Below, piece by piece: positions 37,230 to 51,485 of a stretch of 64,000 bases of DNA. Each line of letters begins with the position of its first letter. Position 1 is the stretch's first letter. The position numbers were made by a program, and so were the translations under genes. The notes under the pieces were generated by a model. The model saw only the letters and a program-made list of their open reading frames with translations. It was not told the DNA's origin and ran no database searches. This DNA comes from Octopus vulgaris (Eukaryota): assembly GCA_951406725.2 (NCBI GenBank), contig OX597814.1, forward strand, positions 23,994,001 through 24,058,000. The letters run 5' to 3'.

Positions 37230-37770
37230 CTGAGACACTCATCTAAGTCATAAGCAGTTGTTTGGAAATGTCCTTGTGTTATTATTAACTGATGAGACAT
37301 AATGTTATGGCCAAGATACTGCAGAATGACATCAGCCAGGAGGATAATGCTGAGAACAAAGATATAAGAACCTACAGTGATGAGAACACAAGAACTCATA
37401 ATATCATAGAATACTGGTGGTATGTCTCTGTGAAAACCTTAATAAAATATAACAAAATAGACCAGAAATAGTGACTTGAGACAAGGAAGAGAAACTAGGT
37501 ACAGTAGGTGAAGTTAATTGCAGATATCAACATAAAGTTAAAAATCAGTGAAAAGGAAAACACCTGTATTGAACTATTGAGAAATTTACAGATACTCCTC
37601 ATAGAAAATACGTTTAAATATGCGCCCATAATTTTGGGGTAATTTGGATATGTAACTAATCTTGAGAAAGTAGGATTTTCAAAATCAGAAAAGGGAAAGC
37701 TAATTAGAAAACTATAGATACAAGCCATCAAAGGAAGTATCAAAATATGTTATGTTTAGCATATATATAT
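37230..37770 (+). mobile_element. Decayed RLE-type non-LTR retrotransposon 3' end (zinc-knuckle end, RHD-like motif and RLE)
   Basis: Across stops and frameshifts: VISSCLEMSLCYY*LMRHNVMAKIL..EYWWYVSVKT..RPEIVT*DKEEKL..EVNC/ADINIKLKISEKENT..ELLRNLQIL..KLIRKL*IQAIKG. Confidence 0.75.
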
Positions 37771-38079
37771 GTAAAAAATGTTTTAAAGCTTTACATACAA
37801 GTACTCATGCATATATATGTAAAACCTTACACCTTTACAAGTACATAGGATGTCTTGGCTTGTAGCTTTATGTATGAGTACCTGAACATAAAACAAAACT
37901 CAGATCTGCCCATTTACTGATGCCAAACACTTGTGTATAGACATACATTTATAGCTACCACGTAAATGTTGCTGAAACTCTAATGAAGGAATCTTGTTTC
38001 TAGGTTAGAAACTGGCTCTTTCTACAACAGCAAGAAATCTTGAAATAAAATATACATACATGCACACAGTCACATACAA

Positions 38080-38475
38080 TGAGTTTCCATCTACCAGATC
38101 CACTCACAAAGCTTTGGTCAACCCCAGGGCTATAGTAGAAGGTACTTTCCCAGGGTGCCATGCAATGCGACTGAGCCCAGAAGCATGTGGTTAGGAAACG
38201 AATACCTTACCACACTGCCATACCTATGCCCATGTTTATGTAGGCCTATATTCCTCTCTACTTTCTACTTTAGGCACAAAGCCAGACATTTTTGGGGAAG
38301 AGGCTGGTTAATTACATTGACCCCAAGTGCTTCACTGGTACTTATTTTATCGACCCCCAAAAGGACAAAAGGAAAAAATTTGACAACAGCAGAATTTGAA
38401 CTTGAAACATAAAGGTGGATGAAATGCCATGAAGCATTTAGCTGGCAAGCTAATGATTCTTCCTGCTTCCTGCCA
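38080..38475 (-). mobile_element. Adjacent family B head and family A SINE
   Basis: B head (reverse complement) at about 38080-38230 and A copy at about 38260-38475. Confidence 0.7.
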
Positions 38476-38554
38476 AATATATATGCTTATATTAAAAAGT
38501 GTAATCATTTCTGCATGTGGAATATTTGTATGACAGTGTACATATTGCATAAAA

Positions 38555-38811
38555 TTAAATAAATGCACCCTTTTAAAGCCTAGCCAGGCTCATGAGCCTG
38601 GTTTCCTGGTTTCAATGGCGTATGTGTTCCCCAGCTGGACGGGACACCAGTCCATCACAGCGTTACTCATTTTTGCCAGCTGAGTGGACTGGAGCAACGT
38701 GAAATGAAGTATTTTGTTCAAGAACACAATGTGTCGCCCGGTCCAGGAATCGAAACCACAATCTTACGATCATGGTGCAGACACCCTAACCACTAAGTCA
38801 CGCGCCTCCAC
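38555..38811 (-). mobile_element. Family C SINE (young)
   Basis: Near-consensus reverse-complement copy retaining CpGs. Direct repeat acatattgcat on both sides. Confidence 0.9.
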
Positions 38812-39230
38812 ACATATTGCATACTGTTGCAATTTCATCATTTAAGATTATACAATGTTAAACTTTATTTACATAAAACATCTTAAATCACATTCAAATC
38901 TAACTTTCTATAATTCTGATTTGGTTATGAAAGAAAAGAATATAGAGTTCTATACTACTTACAACAATAATATTTTCACTTCTGTGATAAAAATTTACAC
39001 TTGATGAAACTAATGTTATCTCTGGAACCAGAAATAAGATCTACATGTAACTTTTTGTTCCTTTTAGCTATAAAAAAAAAATCAATCATAAACTTTTGAA
39101 AAATACAAGTGCAATATGTAAATGCATGAGGTTACTTCTGCTGATAAACATTTAACTGGAATAAATACTTCAAACTGCAAATCCCAAATGATGTACATTT
39201 TCTCTCTTTTCATTGGCTTAGATAATACTG

Positions 39231-39286
<56 letters not shown>

Positions 39287-39524
39287 TTATATATTTTATA
39301 TCATATTTGTCAAAGAATATTGTCATTGGTTGCAAAATTCCATTGAGTCAATGATTGGTTCATTGCATTCCTGACAACAGCAGTTTCAAAGGAGTACCTG
39401 TTACTTGGTATATAACAAATACTGCAAGAAGCCTCATTCAAAATACAGTTACATTTTGGTTTTCTCAGTAATTTTTTAATATTATTTATTTTTAATATTA
39501 TTTACTGATATACATCAACAGATA

Positions 39525-39563
<39 letters not shown>

Positions 39564-39861
39564 TATTTACACTTAGCTTTCACAGTTTCTCTCCCAACTA
39601 CCATTCAACCCAGGCTTTAGAAAAATGCTTAATGGAGTTGAAATCAGAACCATATGTCCTGAAAGGAAACTTATTAATCACACACTAATTTTGACTGGGA
39701 GGGGGGGGAGTAAAGCTGATTTATTAAAGTGTGTTCCAACAGAAATGAAAAGCAAAGCATCAACTTTGTTGTGAGTGAAATCTATAAGATGCTGGTAAAC
39801 ATTCAGTTCTGTGAACAGCCAGTTTTTATCCTCATAAGCTGGCATAGTGTTGATGTGTGTT

Positions 39862-40167
39862 GAGGCACATGACCTAGTGGTTAGAGCAGCGGACTCCCGG
39901 TCGAGGGATCACGGGTTCGAATTTCAGACCAGGCGATGTGCGTGTTAATGAGCGAAACACCTAAGCTCCAGGCCGCTCCGGCAGAAGGTAATGGCGAACT
40001 TCTGCTGACTCTTTCACCACAACTTTCTCTCACATTTTCCTCCTGCATCTAGCAGCTGACCTGCGATGGACTGGCGTCCCCTCCAGGTGAAGAACCTGTA
40101 CTCCAAGGGAACCGGGAAACTGGCCCTAATGAGCCAGGAATGGCTCTAGAAGGAACAAACAGACAAA
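39862..40167 (+). mobile_element. Family E tRNA-derived SINE (OR-type octopus SINE-like)
   Basis: tRNA head gaggcacatgacctagtggttagagcagcggactcccggtcgagggatcacgggttcgaat. Direct repeat catagtgttgatgt at 39843-39856 and 40168-40181. Confidence 0.85.
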
Positions 40168-40225
40168 CATAGTGTTGATGTCATGGTTGTGTTTATTTTG
40201 AGTTACTAATGAGTTTTAGGCTTAA

Positions 40226-40374
40226 TTGTGTGGTTAAGAAGCTTGCTTCTGTACCATATGGTCTTGGGTTCAGTCCCACTGAACAGCACCTTGAGCAAGT
40301 ATCTTCTACTACTGCTCCAGGCTAATCAAAACCTTGTAAGTGGATTCGGTATATGGAAACTAAAAGAAGCTCAT

Positions 40375-40417
<43 letters not shown>

Positions 40418-40745
40418 CTTTGTTTATTCTTTATTCTTTTATTCTTTGTAGTGCTTGTTTTATCAGCCTCTTTTGCCAAACCGCTAAGTATGAGGACATA
40501 AACACACCGACGTCGGTTGTCAAGCAATGGTGGGGGATGAACACAGACATATAAACACACACACACACATACACACACATATATACAACAGGCATCTTTC
40601 AGTTTCCGTCTACCAAATCCACTCACAAGGCTTTGGTTGGCCTAAGGCTATAGTAGAAGACACTTGCTCAAGGTGCCATACAGTAGGACTGAACCCAGAA
40701 CCATGTTGTTAGGAAACAAGCTTCTTACGACATAGCTATGCCTGT
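40226..40745. mobile_element. Two family B SINEs in inverted orientation
   Basis: B head on + at about 40226-40380 and B copy on - at about 40425-40745. Confidence 0.8.
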
Positions 40746-40857
40746 GCCTATGTCTATCTTTGTTTATGTTTGTCTCCCACCATGTCTGACAACTAGTGTA
40801 AGTCTCTTTACATCCCTGTAATTCAGCAGTTTGGCCAAAAGAGAGTGATACCAGGCT

Positions 40858-41150
40858 CATCATCATCATCATCATCGTTTAACGTCCGTTTTCCATGCTA
40901 GCATGGGTTGGACCGTTCGACCAGGGTCTGGGAAGCCAGGAGGCTGCACCAGGCTCCAGTCTGATCTGGCAGTGTTTCTACAGTTGGATGCCCTTCCTAA
41001 CGCCAACCACTCCATGAGTGTAGTGAGTGCTTTTTACATGCCACTGGCACGATTGGTTGGTGCTTTTTATGTGCCACCAGCATGGAAGCCAGTCAAGGCG
41101 GCGCTGGCATCGGCCACGTTCAGATGGTACTTTTTACGTGCCACTGGCAT
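40858..41150 (-). mobile_element. Family D RTE-tail copy
   Basis: (CAT)n-cgtttaacgtccgttttccatgctagcatggg...ttttacgtgccactggc. Confidence 0.85.
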
Positions 41151-42179
41151 GCAATTTGATAAAAAACTCTTAGGGCAGTATCCCAGAATAACCACATTCC
41201 AGTGACTGAGATGATTAATGATAAGATATCATTGTATTAGTAGAAACTAAAGTATATAATTTTCTCATGTTGTGTATTAACTATTGATTATTCACTACCA
41301 CAACAAACTCCTAAGTTTATTATATTTTATTAATCAAATTAACCTTTGTCTCACTTTTCAAAGTCTTTATCTATATATTTCGTGACTATTTTATTCACCT
41401 TCCTACTTTTGTAGACTATAATACTTTGGAATTACTTATTTAAATAAGCTTCATTTGATTTCTTATGTCCATTATCATTCTACCTATTTTTTTTTTTTTT
41501 TTGGAAAGGTGTGTTACATATGATTTGGAAAATATAATTAGTCTTCAGAATATTTCATTCAGAACTTTGTAGTTTTAAGTCAAAATTCAATAATTTTTGT
41601 AGTAAAGGAAAAAAATACATTCTTTTCTCTGCTGTGACCAGATTTTGGAGATATATACTTTGTAACAATAGTTTAATCAGTAATTGCTTTTTTTTTTTCA
41701 ATTATCTAGATATTGTTGTTTAACTGCATTAAATGTAGACCATACACACAGAAAACTATCAACAAAGACAAAATAAGAATCAAACAAATCAAAGGCTGCA
41801 CGCATCTAGTTACACAGTGAAGACCTACCATGATCATGAAATTGAATAATTCCTTTCCCTCAATATATTTTTTTTATATCCCTCCATGTTGATAATTCAT
41901 ATCACTTTTACTATTTTTATTTATTCTCTAATCTTTCTTGTGTGTAAAATTTTCACTGTATGCTTGTATGTGTGTATGTGTGTGTGCACACATGTACTTG
42001 TGCTTTTATGCTTAGCTATATGGAAAAAAAAACTACCAAGTATTAACTAAAAACCAGTCAATCTATGAATAAAATATCCCATTAATTTTTGCATGGAATA
42101 TGTTGACAGAGACTTTGAAGTTACATCATTGCTAGGTTTGTCAGACAGTAAAGTTTTTAGTTTTCTAAGTCTTTTATAT

Positions 42180-43215
42180 ATTTTTTGGTTCTTCTTGAGT
42201 ATGTAGCTTAGTAGTTGCAAAATGTGCTGTAGTATAAATTGTGGTATATTGCTGTCTATCGGATATCCACAAAAAGTTACAGGTTGTTTGAAGAAAAAAT
42301 GACACTATTGATTAAAACGTGTACAAATAAATGACGTTTAAGGAAGGGGGAAAGGGGAACAAGTAATGTTGACAAAACAGGCTACAGAAGACCAACAGCC
42401 CCAACTCCTGACACAGGTTGCCAGTGAGTGAATGAATTGATTTGCACAAATTAACAAACTGTGAACTTGCTGGAATGTAGTCACAAGGCATTACAAAAGA
42501 TAGTGCAAGACTTTAAGTATGAAAAAGTGCTTGCAAAATGGATATCTCATTAGCTGATCTCCCCAATATAAAGGAGAGAAGTGTAGAAATCTGTTCTGTT
42601 CTAATCTGCTGGAAGTGTTTCAAGCTGAAGACCCATTTCCTTTTCTATCTACAGACAGAGGATGAAACAAGGCTGTATCTTTACGATCAGGAAATGAAGA
42701 CTCAATCTATGAAGTGATATTACATCTCTTTTCCAAGCACGAAGAAATTCCAGAGTAAGTGATGGACACAGATAGTGAAGGTAATTATTTCTTGGGAATG
42801 ACAAGAGCAGCATTCTATTTGATGTTCTGGAACATGGATATGCCATGAACAACAAGCAGTGCACTGAGATGCTCAAAAGCCTTAGAGAAGCCACTGGGGA
42901 TAATGATCCGCATTCAACATGTCAATGCATACCCACACATGTTTTTGTCTTTGGCAACAAATCAAACAATCAGCGAAAAGGTTGGTCAGTGGCATCCATT
43001 CTCTATACAGTCCAAATCTAGTACGCCACCACTCACTTCTGCTTGTTTGGTCCAATGAAGTAGAAGGGTCTTCAAAAACAATAATTTGATGGTGCAGATG
43101 ATGTGAAAGCAGCTTTTGAAGAAGTGGCTAAAAGCCACACAAGAAATTTTAAAGAGAATTTGAGAGCTGGGTTCAAATACAGCATTTGCAATGGAGAATT
43201 TATATAGAGGAAGAA
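42180..43215 (+). mobile_element. Mariner (DD34D-type) transposase pseudogene
   Basis: Fragments AKWISH*L (WVPH.L), DETRLYLYDQEMKTQSM (first catalytic D), QHVNAYPH (HDNARPH), and HSLYSPNL..FCLFGPMK (YSPDL). Confidence 0.8.
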
Positions 43216-43574
43216 TTACATTATCAACATGTGCACATTCAATGACCTATGTCAGATAATAAAATAGTTATGCCCTCTTTGGGGCCTGAGGTGCAGGTGT
43301 GGAGTGAGAAGGTGGGTATAGGGTGTGGGATGGGGTGAGAATGTGGGTGGGGATGTGTGGTGGTAGGTGGGATATGTGGGGTGGGGTGACAATGGAGGAG
43401 GGTATCAATGAAGGGAGAAGGTGGGTAGGAGAGAAGAGAGGAAGTAGGTGTCAGATGAAGAGAGGAGAGAATGGGAGTTGTGCCCATGTGGCACAAAGGA
43501 GTGGTGAGAGAAAATTAATTCCTGTTCAGGATGAAGGCGGAAGTCTGGATGGCTCCCGTGCAAAGACAATTTGA

Positions 43575-44055
43575 ACACAGACAGGTGTTGTATATATACA
43601 TATATACATACATATATATGTATGTGTGTATTTATATATATATACACGTACACATATATACATATATTTGTACATGCACATGAAAATCTAACTGCTTATA
43701 CCAGTGTTTGCACACATGCATGCATTTCCCTAAAAAATAATGTAAAACCTAATACCTTAATTTTTTTACATCAAGTATAACCATTTAAAATAAATGAGAC
43801 CTACCTTACAAGAATAATGTAAATGGCACCGACCAAACTAGAATGTTTTTCCTACCTCTTCATCCTATTCACCATCACCTGTATACAATATGTCAAGATT
43901 CATTTGTTTATTTTGTGTCATGGCTCTTGATTTACACATAATTTGCATAATGAAATTGTCTGCCTAAGTATGTGTGTTTATGTATGTGTGTGTATACACA
44001 CACATATTTACATACAGACAGACACAGTTATGTATTTACATTCAGACACATGTAC

Positions 44056-44107
<52 letters not shown>

Positions 44108-44160
44108 ATGGAAGCATATTTTATACACAAACAAACATATATATATATATATATACATAC

Positions 44161-44223
<63 letters not shown>

Positions 44224-44343
44224 TATATACATACATATATATATGTATGCATAAGCATATACATATATATATATATACATAAATATATATATATATACAT
44301 GCACACACACATATATTTACATTCACACAGTACAGACACATAC

Positions 44344-44386
<43 letters not shown>

Positions 44387-44425
44387 TATGTGTGTGAATA
44401 CATACATACACACACACACATAATT
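43575..44425. repeat. Long compound (TA)n/(CA)n microsatellite region
   Basis: Directly visible. Source of the YIYI ORFs. Confidence 0.85.
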
Positions 44426-45392
44426 ATATAGACTAGACTTGAACTGTTACTTGTGTAGAAATAATTTAGTTTCAACTCAAGATTTTAATGGTCTTATCTG
44501 TTAACAGTGTAGTCCTGATCACAAGTTTGCATGTATTCATAAGATTTTGCCTTTGTTTATTACATCTTCTTCTTTCAATAATTAGTTTATTACATCAAAT
44601 GTACCTTAGTATATATATCTCTCTATCTAAATGTTGTTCCCTCATTTATTATTATTTTTTTTTATTTTGCACACACCGAATTGTCCAAGCTTGACAATGG
44701 ATGTCTCAAACTGCACCAAATTAGTATTATTTATCTTTCTGTTACTTATTTCTTCCAATGATATTTTTATATATCTCAACTTATGTAGTCACTTTTTTTT
44801 TATTTTTATTTTTATTTCCCAAACTGTCAATAGTTTGCATTCAGTAACTTTTCTTAGATCTTTCAAGACTACAATTTCATTATGTCTTACTCATCTTCAA
44901 TTTCTATGTCTCTTCCATTTCCTGTCAAGACAGTCAGTTGCCTTAAAGTTTTTATTCAACTTTTTAGTTTTGTTTCTCTTCAGACTATTGTAGTTCACTT
45001 TTTCACTTACATTGATTGCTCTTGCTTACCACATTTTTCACAGCATATATTATCTCTGCAATCATTTTCTTGCTGACTGTTTTCAATAAGTGGTAATGTA
45101 GACTTGACCTTACATATTACTACAGGTCATCACCAATTTTACTAAGGGTAATTTCTCCTTTGATTCAATTGCCTTATTGCTTTGCTTTACTGGTGCGTTC
45201 TCCTGTTTAAAGCTATTTCAGTATTTCTTTTCTTGTTCAGCCTATCTCAATACTTTATCTTTTCTCAAAGTCAGAATCACTGAATATACCAAGGACATCA
45301 TCTTATACCCCCAACTTAGTTATGGACAACTCACATCTCACATCAAAAATATAATTAAAAATTGCTTCTCAGAAACAGGCTTTCCTCTTCAA

Positions 45393-45613
45393 CCCTTTTG
45401 TTACTGCATTTATTTTGAGATGCTCTGTGTTTCTTTCAATTACTTTAAATATAACAAAGAATTTAGTAAAATAACTTAGTTGTCATTCAGCTAGTGTTAG
45501 GAACATTAATTGTGACTAAGGTTTGGTGGAAGATTTTAATTCAAAACTTATGAAAACAAGACATTTGTACTACAGAGCCAAAGGCAGTTTCAGCTGGGTT
45601 GGTAACTAAAGAG
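45393..45613. mobile_element. piggyBac-like MITE (221 bp)
   Basis: Ends cccttttgttac / gtaactaaagag. Flanked by tcaa (45389-45392) and ttaa (45614-45617). Confidence 0.65.
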
Positions 45614-45959
45614 TTAAGGCCTGTAAATACTTCTGTTATCAACAGTTCCTAACTGTCTATAAAGCTCAAGTGAAACCCAAAATAGAATACACTTAGGTCA
45701 GAACTGCTTCTATACATATAAACATCTTAGACTGATTCTTCTACAAAAGGCCACTTAACTAATTCATAGAAACTCGTTAACACACTCCGACGTCTCCCAC
45801 TAGATGCATGTCTTCTCAAATTGCCTTTCTTACTGGTGCTGCTGCTACTGCTAGTGGAGCCACTGCTGCTGCTGCTACTGCTGCTGCTTCTCCTCTTATT
45901 TCCTCTCCTCTTCCTCCTCTGACTTTCTGGTTTCATTACACCTCTACATAGCCAACTTA

Positions 45960-46160
45960 CTGATCTTTTCTCCTCTCATCACCCATAGAATATTTAACTT
46001 ACTCCTCCATGCCTCACTCTAATCACTATATTCGGTCCTTCCTCACCAAAATGAAAATCTCAAGGATTCACTCTCTGCCTATATTTACTTTTCCTTGAAG
46101 TTATTCAAGAACTTCCACTATATCTCTCTGATTGTTGTGGTGGAGCTGTCAGTGAGGTTT
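45960..46160 (+). mobile_element. Decayed CR1-group LINE 3' end
   Basis: SNHYIRSFL..K and a ctctctgcctatattt segment resemble the SF.P....WNSLP..IF terminus. Heavily mutated. Confidence 0.35.
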
Positions 46161-46339
46161 ACAAACCCTTCTTAAAGATGAAGCCATTAAAAATACATGC
46201 TTTTCTTATTCACATTTTGCAACATAAATTCCATCAGCATCTAAATGGGAGTCTCTGAAAATCTGTTTCATTTGAACATTTTCTAGAATTAGACAGCTGA
46301 TAGTTGTTATTTTTCAGCTTCCTAGTATCTAAACAATCA

Positions 46340-46680
46340 TCATTACCATCATCATCATCATCATATAATGTCTGTTGCCCATGCTGGCATGGGTTGGATG
46401 GTTTGACTGGGGCTGGTAAGCTGGATGGCTGCACCAAGATCCAGTCTGATTTGGCATGGTTTTCTACGGCTGGATGCCCTTCGATAGTGTAATAGGTGCT
46501 TTTACGTGCCACCAGCATGGGTGCCATTTGTGTGACACTGGTATCTGCACGACTGTGATGTTGCTCAGCTTGATGGATCTTCTTCTCAAGCACAACATAA
46601 TGCCAAAGGTCTCAGTCATTGGTTCTTTGAGGCTCAACACTTGAAAGGAACTCAGCAACTTTGCCTTCGTTAGGCCCAAT
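46340..46680 (-). mobile_element. RTE LINE 3' end: ORF terminus joined to family D UTR
   Basis: Minus strand LGLT.. and D*DLWHYVVLEK (RTE C-terminus), followed by the D palindromic unit and a (GAT)n tail. Confidence 0.7.
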
Positions 46681-47644
46681 GTATTTAAACAATGTTGTTT
46701 TTACTTATATTACACTTGGAAATTTCTATGCAAAGGGGTGTGCATGTAAAGTTTTAAATAGAGAACTGTCTTCTTACATAAATAACGATTAAAAAAAGGA
46801 GCCACAAATGAAACAAACTTTTATCATAAGTAGACAAAATGATTTGCTATAAAAACAATTTCTCTTGTTCTACAAAACCAATAAAGAAATCTTAAAATCA
46901 TGCTATACTAAAATGATGCATCGCATCCCCCAAAAACAGAATTTTTCTTATAAACTATTATGTAAACACAAAACTATTATGTAAACATTCACTGAGTGAA
47001 TGCTACTGGTCCTGAAATTCTAGACTAGAGGAACCCTTCAGAGTACCCAACATTGTAAGCAAATTCAAGTACCCCTATTGAAGTTGTAAACTCTGTAAAA
47101 ATACTTCATGAGTCAAAAATCTGCTTCTCCCTCAAAATGGTTACATCATGCACTTACAGATGAAACCATAGCATTCAAAATTGGATTAGATTTGAAAACC
47201 TTTAAAATTAAATGTAAAATTACTCTTAAATAATAAGTAAACATTATATAATAATTACTGAATACTTTACAAAATACCCCAGTCCATCTTCAAAAAAGAA
47301 CATCATCATCATCATCGTCGTCGTCATCATATAGCATCTTTTTTCCGTGCTGGCATGGGCTGGATGGTTTGAACAAAACTGGTAAGCTGGAGAGCTGCAC
47401 CAGGCACCAGTGTGTTTTGGCTTGATTTCTATGGCTAGATGCCCTTCGTAATACCAACATTTTCTGTGACATCAGAACCCCGATTCTATTCAGATACCTA
47501 TGAATTCCCCTACATGCACTTCAATACAAATTTATATATTCCCACTATGCACCACCTTCGGCAAGTATCTCCTACTATAGCCACTGGCTGACTAAAGCCT
47601 TGTGAGAAGATTCAGCATATAGAAACTGAAAGAAGCCCATTCTT

Positions 47645-48850
<1,206 letters not shown>

Positions 48851-48880
48851 TATATTATATATATATATATATATATTTAT

Positions 48881-48931
<51 letters not shown>

Positions 48932-48940
48932 TACATACAT

Positions 48941-48985
<45 letters not shown>

Positions 48986-49121
48986 CATACATGTCTTTAT
49001 TCAATTTTATTTCAAAATTTCTTGCCAATAGAGAAAGAGTTGGTTTCTAACCTAGATCCAAGGCCCTTTCATTGGAATTTCAATATCAACAACAAGATAT
49101 TTTTATATGTATGTATGTATG

Positions 49122-49155
<34 letters not shown>

Positions 49156-49707
49156 TGTGAATGTACATGTGAGTGCGTGTCATTGTGTTAGTGTTGTGTT
49201 TATTCCCCATTACTGATTGACAACCAGTGCAAGTTTATGTCACTATAACTTGGCAGTTCAGTGAAAGAGGCCCATAGAATTAATACAAAAGTTAAAATCT
49301 AAGCACTGGTATTGATTTGCCTGGATAAAAAAATTCTTCAAGACACAGTATTTGTAAATGGGAATTGCCCTTATAGTAGTGGTGTCCTTTGTTTCGAATT
49401 TTCCATGGAAGCATGTCCAGATATGTGGCAGTATTATCATCTTTGAAAACAGATTAGGATTGGTATCAGGAAGGATATCTAACCATGGAAAATCTGCCTC
49501 AATGGATTCTGTCTTCCCCATGCAAGCATGGAAAAGCAAACATTACCACATTGATAATGATGATGACGACGACAACAGTGATGACAATGATGATGACGAC
49601 AATGACGGTGATTCATACTTGCTTGTTCTATTTCCCTCACAAAATTCAGTCCAGGTATTTTATTGATATTATCTCCCTTATTTATGGATGTTAATATTAT
49701 GGATATT

Positions 49708-50335
49708 GCGAAGACTTGTTGAGGCAAGTGAAATTGAAATTGAATTTGAAATCGAACCAAATTCGACTGGCACCTATGCCAACCTTCCTTCATTGGACAC
49801 TAAACTCTGCTTGTGAAGACCTTTTAGGGCAAGTGAAATCGAAATTAAACCAAATTCGATGACTGGCACCCGTGCCAGTGGAGCGCTAACAGCTCCATCT
49901 GAGTGGGATCACTGCCAGAGCAGTTGTCTGGCTTCCATGCCGGTGGGCATGTAAAAAGCACCATTGGAGCATGATCGTTACCAGCGTCGCCTTGGCACTT
50001 GTGCCGGTGGCACATGAACAAAACATTCGAGTGAGGTCATTGCTAATGCTGCTAGACTGACTCCTGTGCAAGTGGCATGTAAAAAAACACCATTTGAGTG
50101 TGGCCGTTGCCAGTACCACCAGACTGGCCCTCGTGCCGGTGGCACATAAAACCACCCACTACACTCTCGGAGTGGTTAATGTTAGGAAGGGCATCCAGCC
50201 GTAGAAACTCTGCCAAATCAGATTGGAGCCTGGTGCAGCCATCTGGTTCACCAGTCCTCAATGAAATCATCCAACCCATGCTAGCATGGAAAACAGACTT
50301 TAAATAATGATGACGATGATGATTATGATGATGAT
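49708..50335 (+). mobile_element. Longest family D RTE 3' UTR copy
   Basis: Duplicated gaagac..ggcaagtgaaat.gaaatt upstream block, five palindromic units, the conserved tail and (GAT)n. Confidence 0.85.
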
Positions 50336-51099
50336 TAACATCCACTAGAAATGCTGTCAATCACTGCATGAATAATTTCCAGCTGGCAAAAATGAGTGGT
50401 AATTCAAAGGGCCGGTCTTGTCATATTCTGTGTCATGCTGACTCTCTCTGATAACTATGCTAAGGGTATGTGTATCTATGGAGTGCTCAGCCACTTGCAT
50501 GGTAATTTCATGAGCAGGCTGTTCCATTGATTGGATCAACTAGCACAATCATCAGTGTAACCAATGGAGTGCTAGTCTGTAAAATATGACATATTGATTT
50601 TGATTTTGATTTTTCCAGTTTCAGCTCATGAGCTGTGGCCATGCTGGGGCACCACCATATGTGAAATCTTGCTGTTTCTGTAGAATCAGTGGGTCTGTAG
50701 ATGAAAGCTATAAAGATAAGATCGTGACATCTTACAGAATTTCAGTTGTAGTTAGAGGCACAAACATCTAAGCATCAATGGCATAAATCAGCTTGCAATA
50801 AAAATTGTTAATTATGAAATACCTTCCAGAAAATAAACATTTGATAATTAGATCTATCGAATGCGTCTGTAAAATGCAAACAGACAGTCGTCCCTCAGTC
50901 ATAAAGTCATGTGGAGAAACACCCACCCAAGAACACACACACATACATGTATATATGTGTATGTGTGTGTGCATATATATGTGTTTGTGTGTGTATGTGT
51001 GTGTGGTGATATATATGTGTGGTTGTGTGCATGTGTGTGTTTTTGTATAATCTGTTAATATAAACATATGTTTAAAAATATCTTCTGCAAATCATATAT

Positions 51100-51277
51100 A
51101 TATGTATAAACACACACATATATACTTAAACACACACACACACACACACACACACAAGATAGATAAATATATGTCTATAAGCATGTCTATATATTTATAT
51201 GATATATATATATGTATATATGTGTGTATATTTATATATATATAACATAAATACACATAGGTCTATATATATATATG

Positions 51278-51309
<32 letters not shown>

Positions 51310-51379
51310 GTGTGTATATATAGATGTATATATACATATATATAGACACATATATATATACATATATATATACATATAC

Positions 51380-51458
<79 letters not shown>

Positions 51459-51485
51459 TATGCGTGAGTTTATATATATTTATAT
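51100..51485. repeat. Compound (TA)n/(TG)n microsatellite
   Basis: Directly visible. Confidence 0.9.

Noticed and set aside
39862-39935. Possible functional tRNA genes at SINE heads (also 7905, 28305, 54410-54485)
   Set aside because: The cloverleafs are broken and each continues into a SINE body, several with TSDs.
44450-45200. Hydrophobic + strand ORFs suggesting a membrane protein
   Set aside because: T-rich composition explains the F/L/I bias. At most this is the antisense of a very old LINE.
49850-50160. CRISPR-like repeat-spacer appearance
   Set aside because: The units are homologous along their whole length and diverged, sit inside a dispersed retroelement UTR, and have no cas genes. 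The context is eukaryotic.
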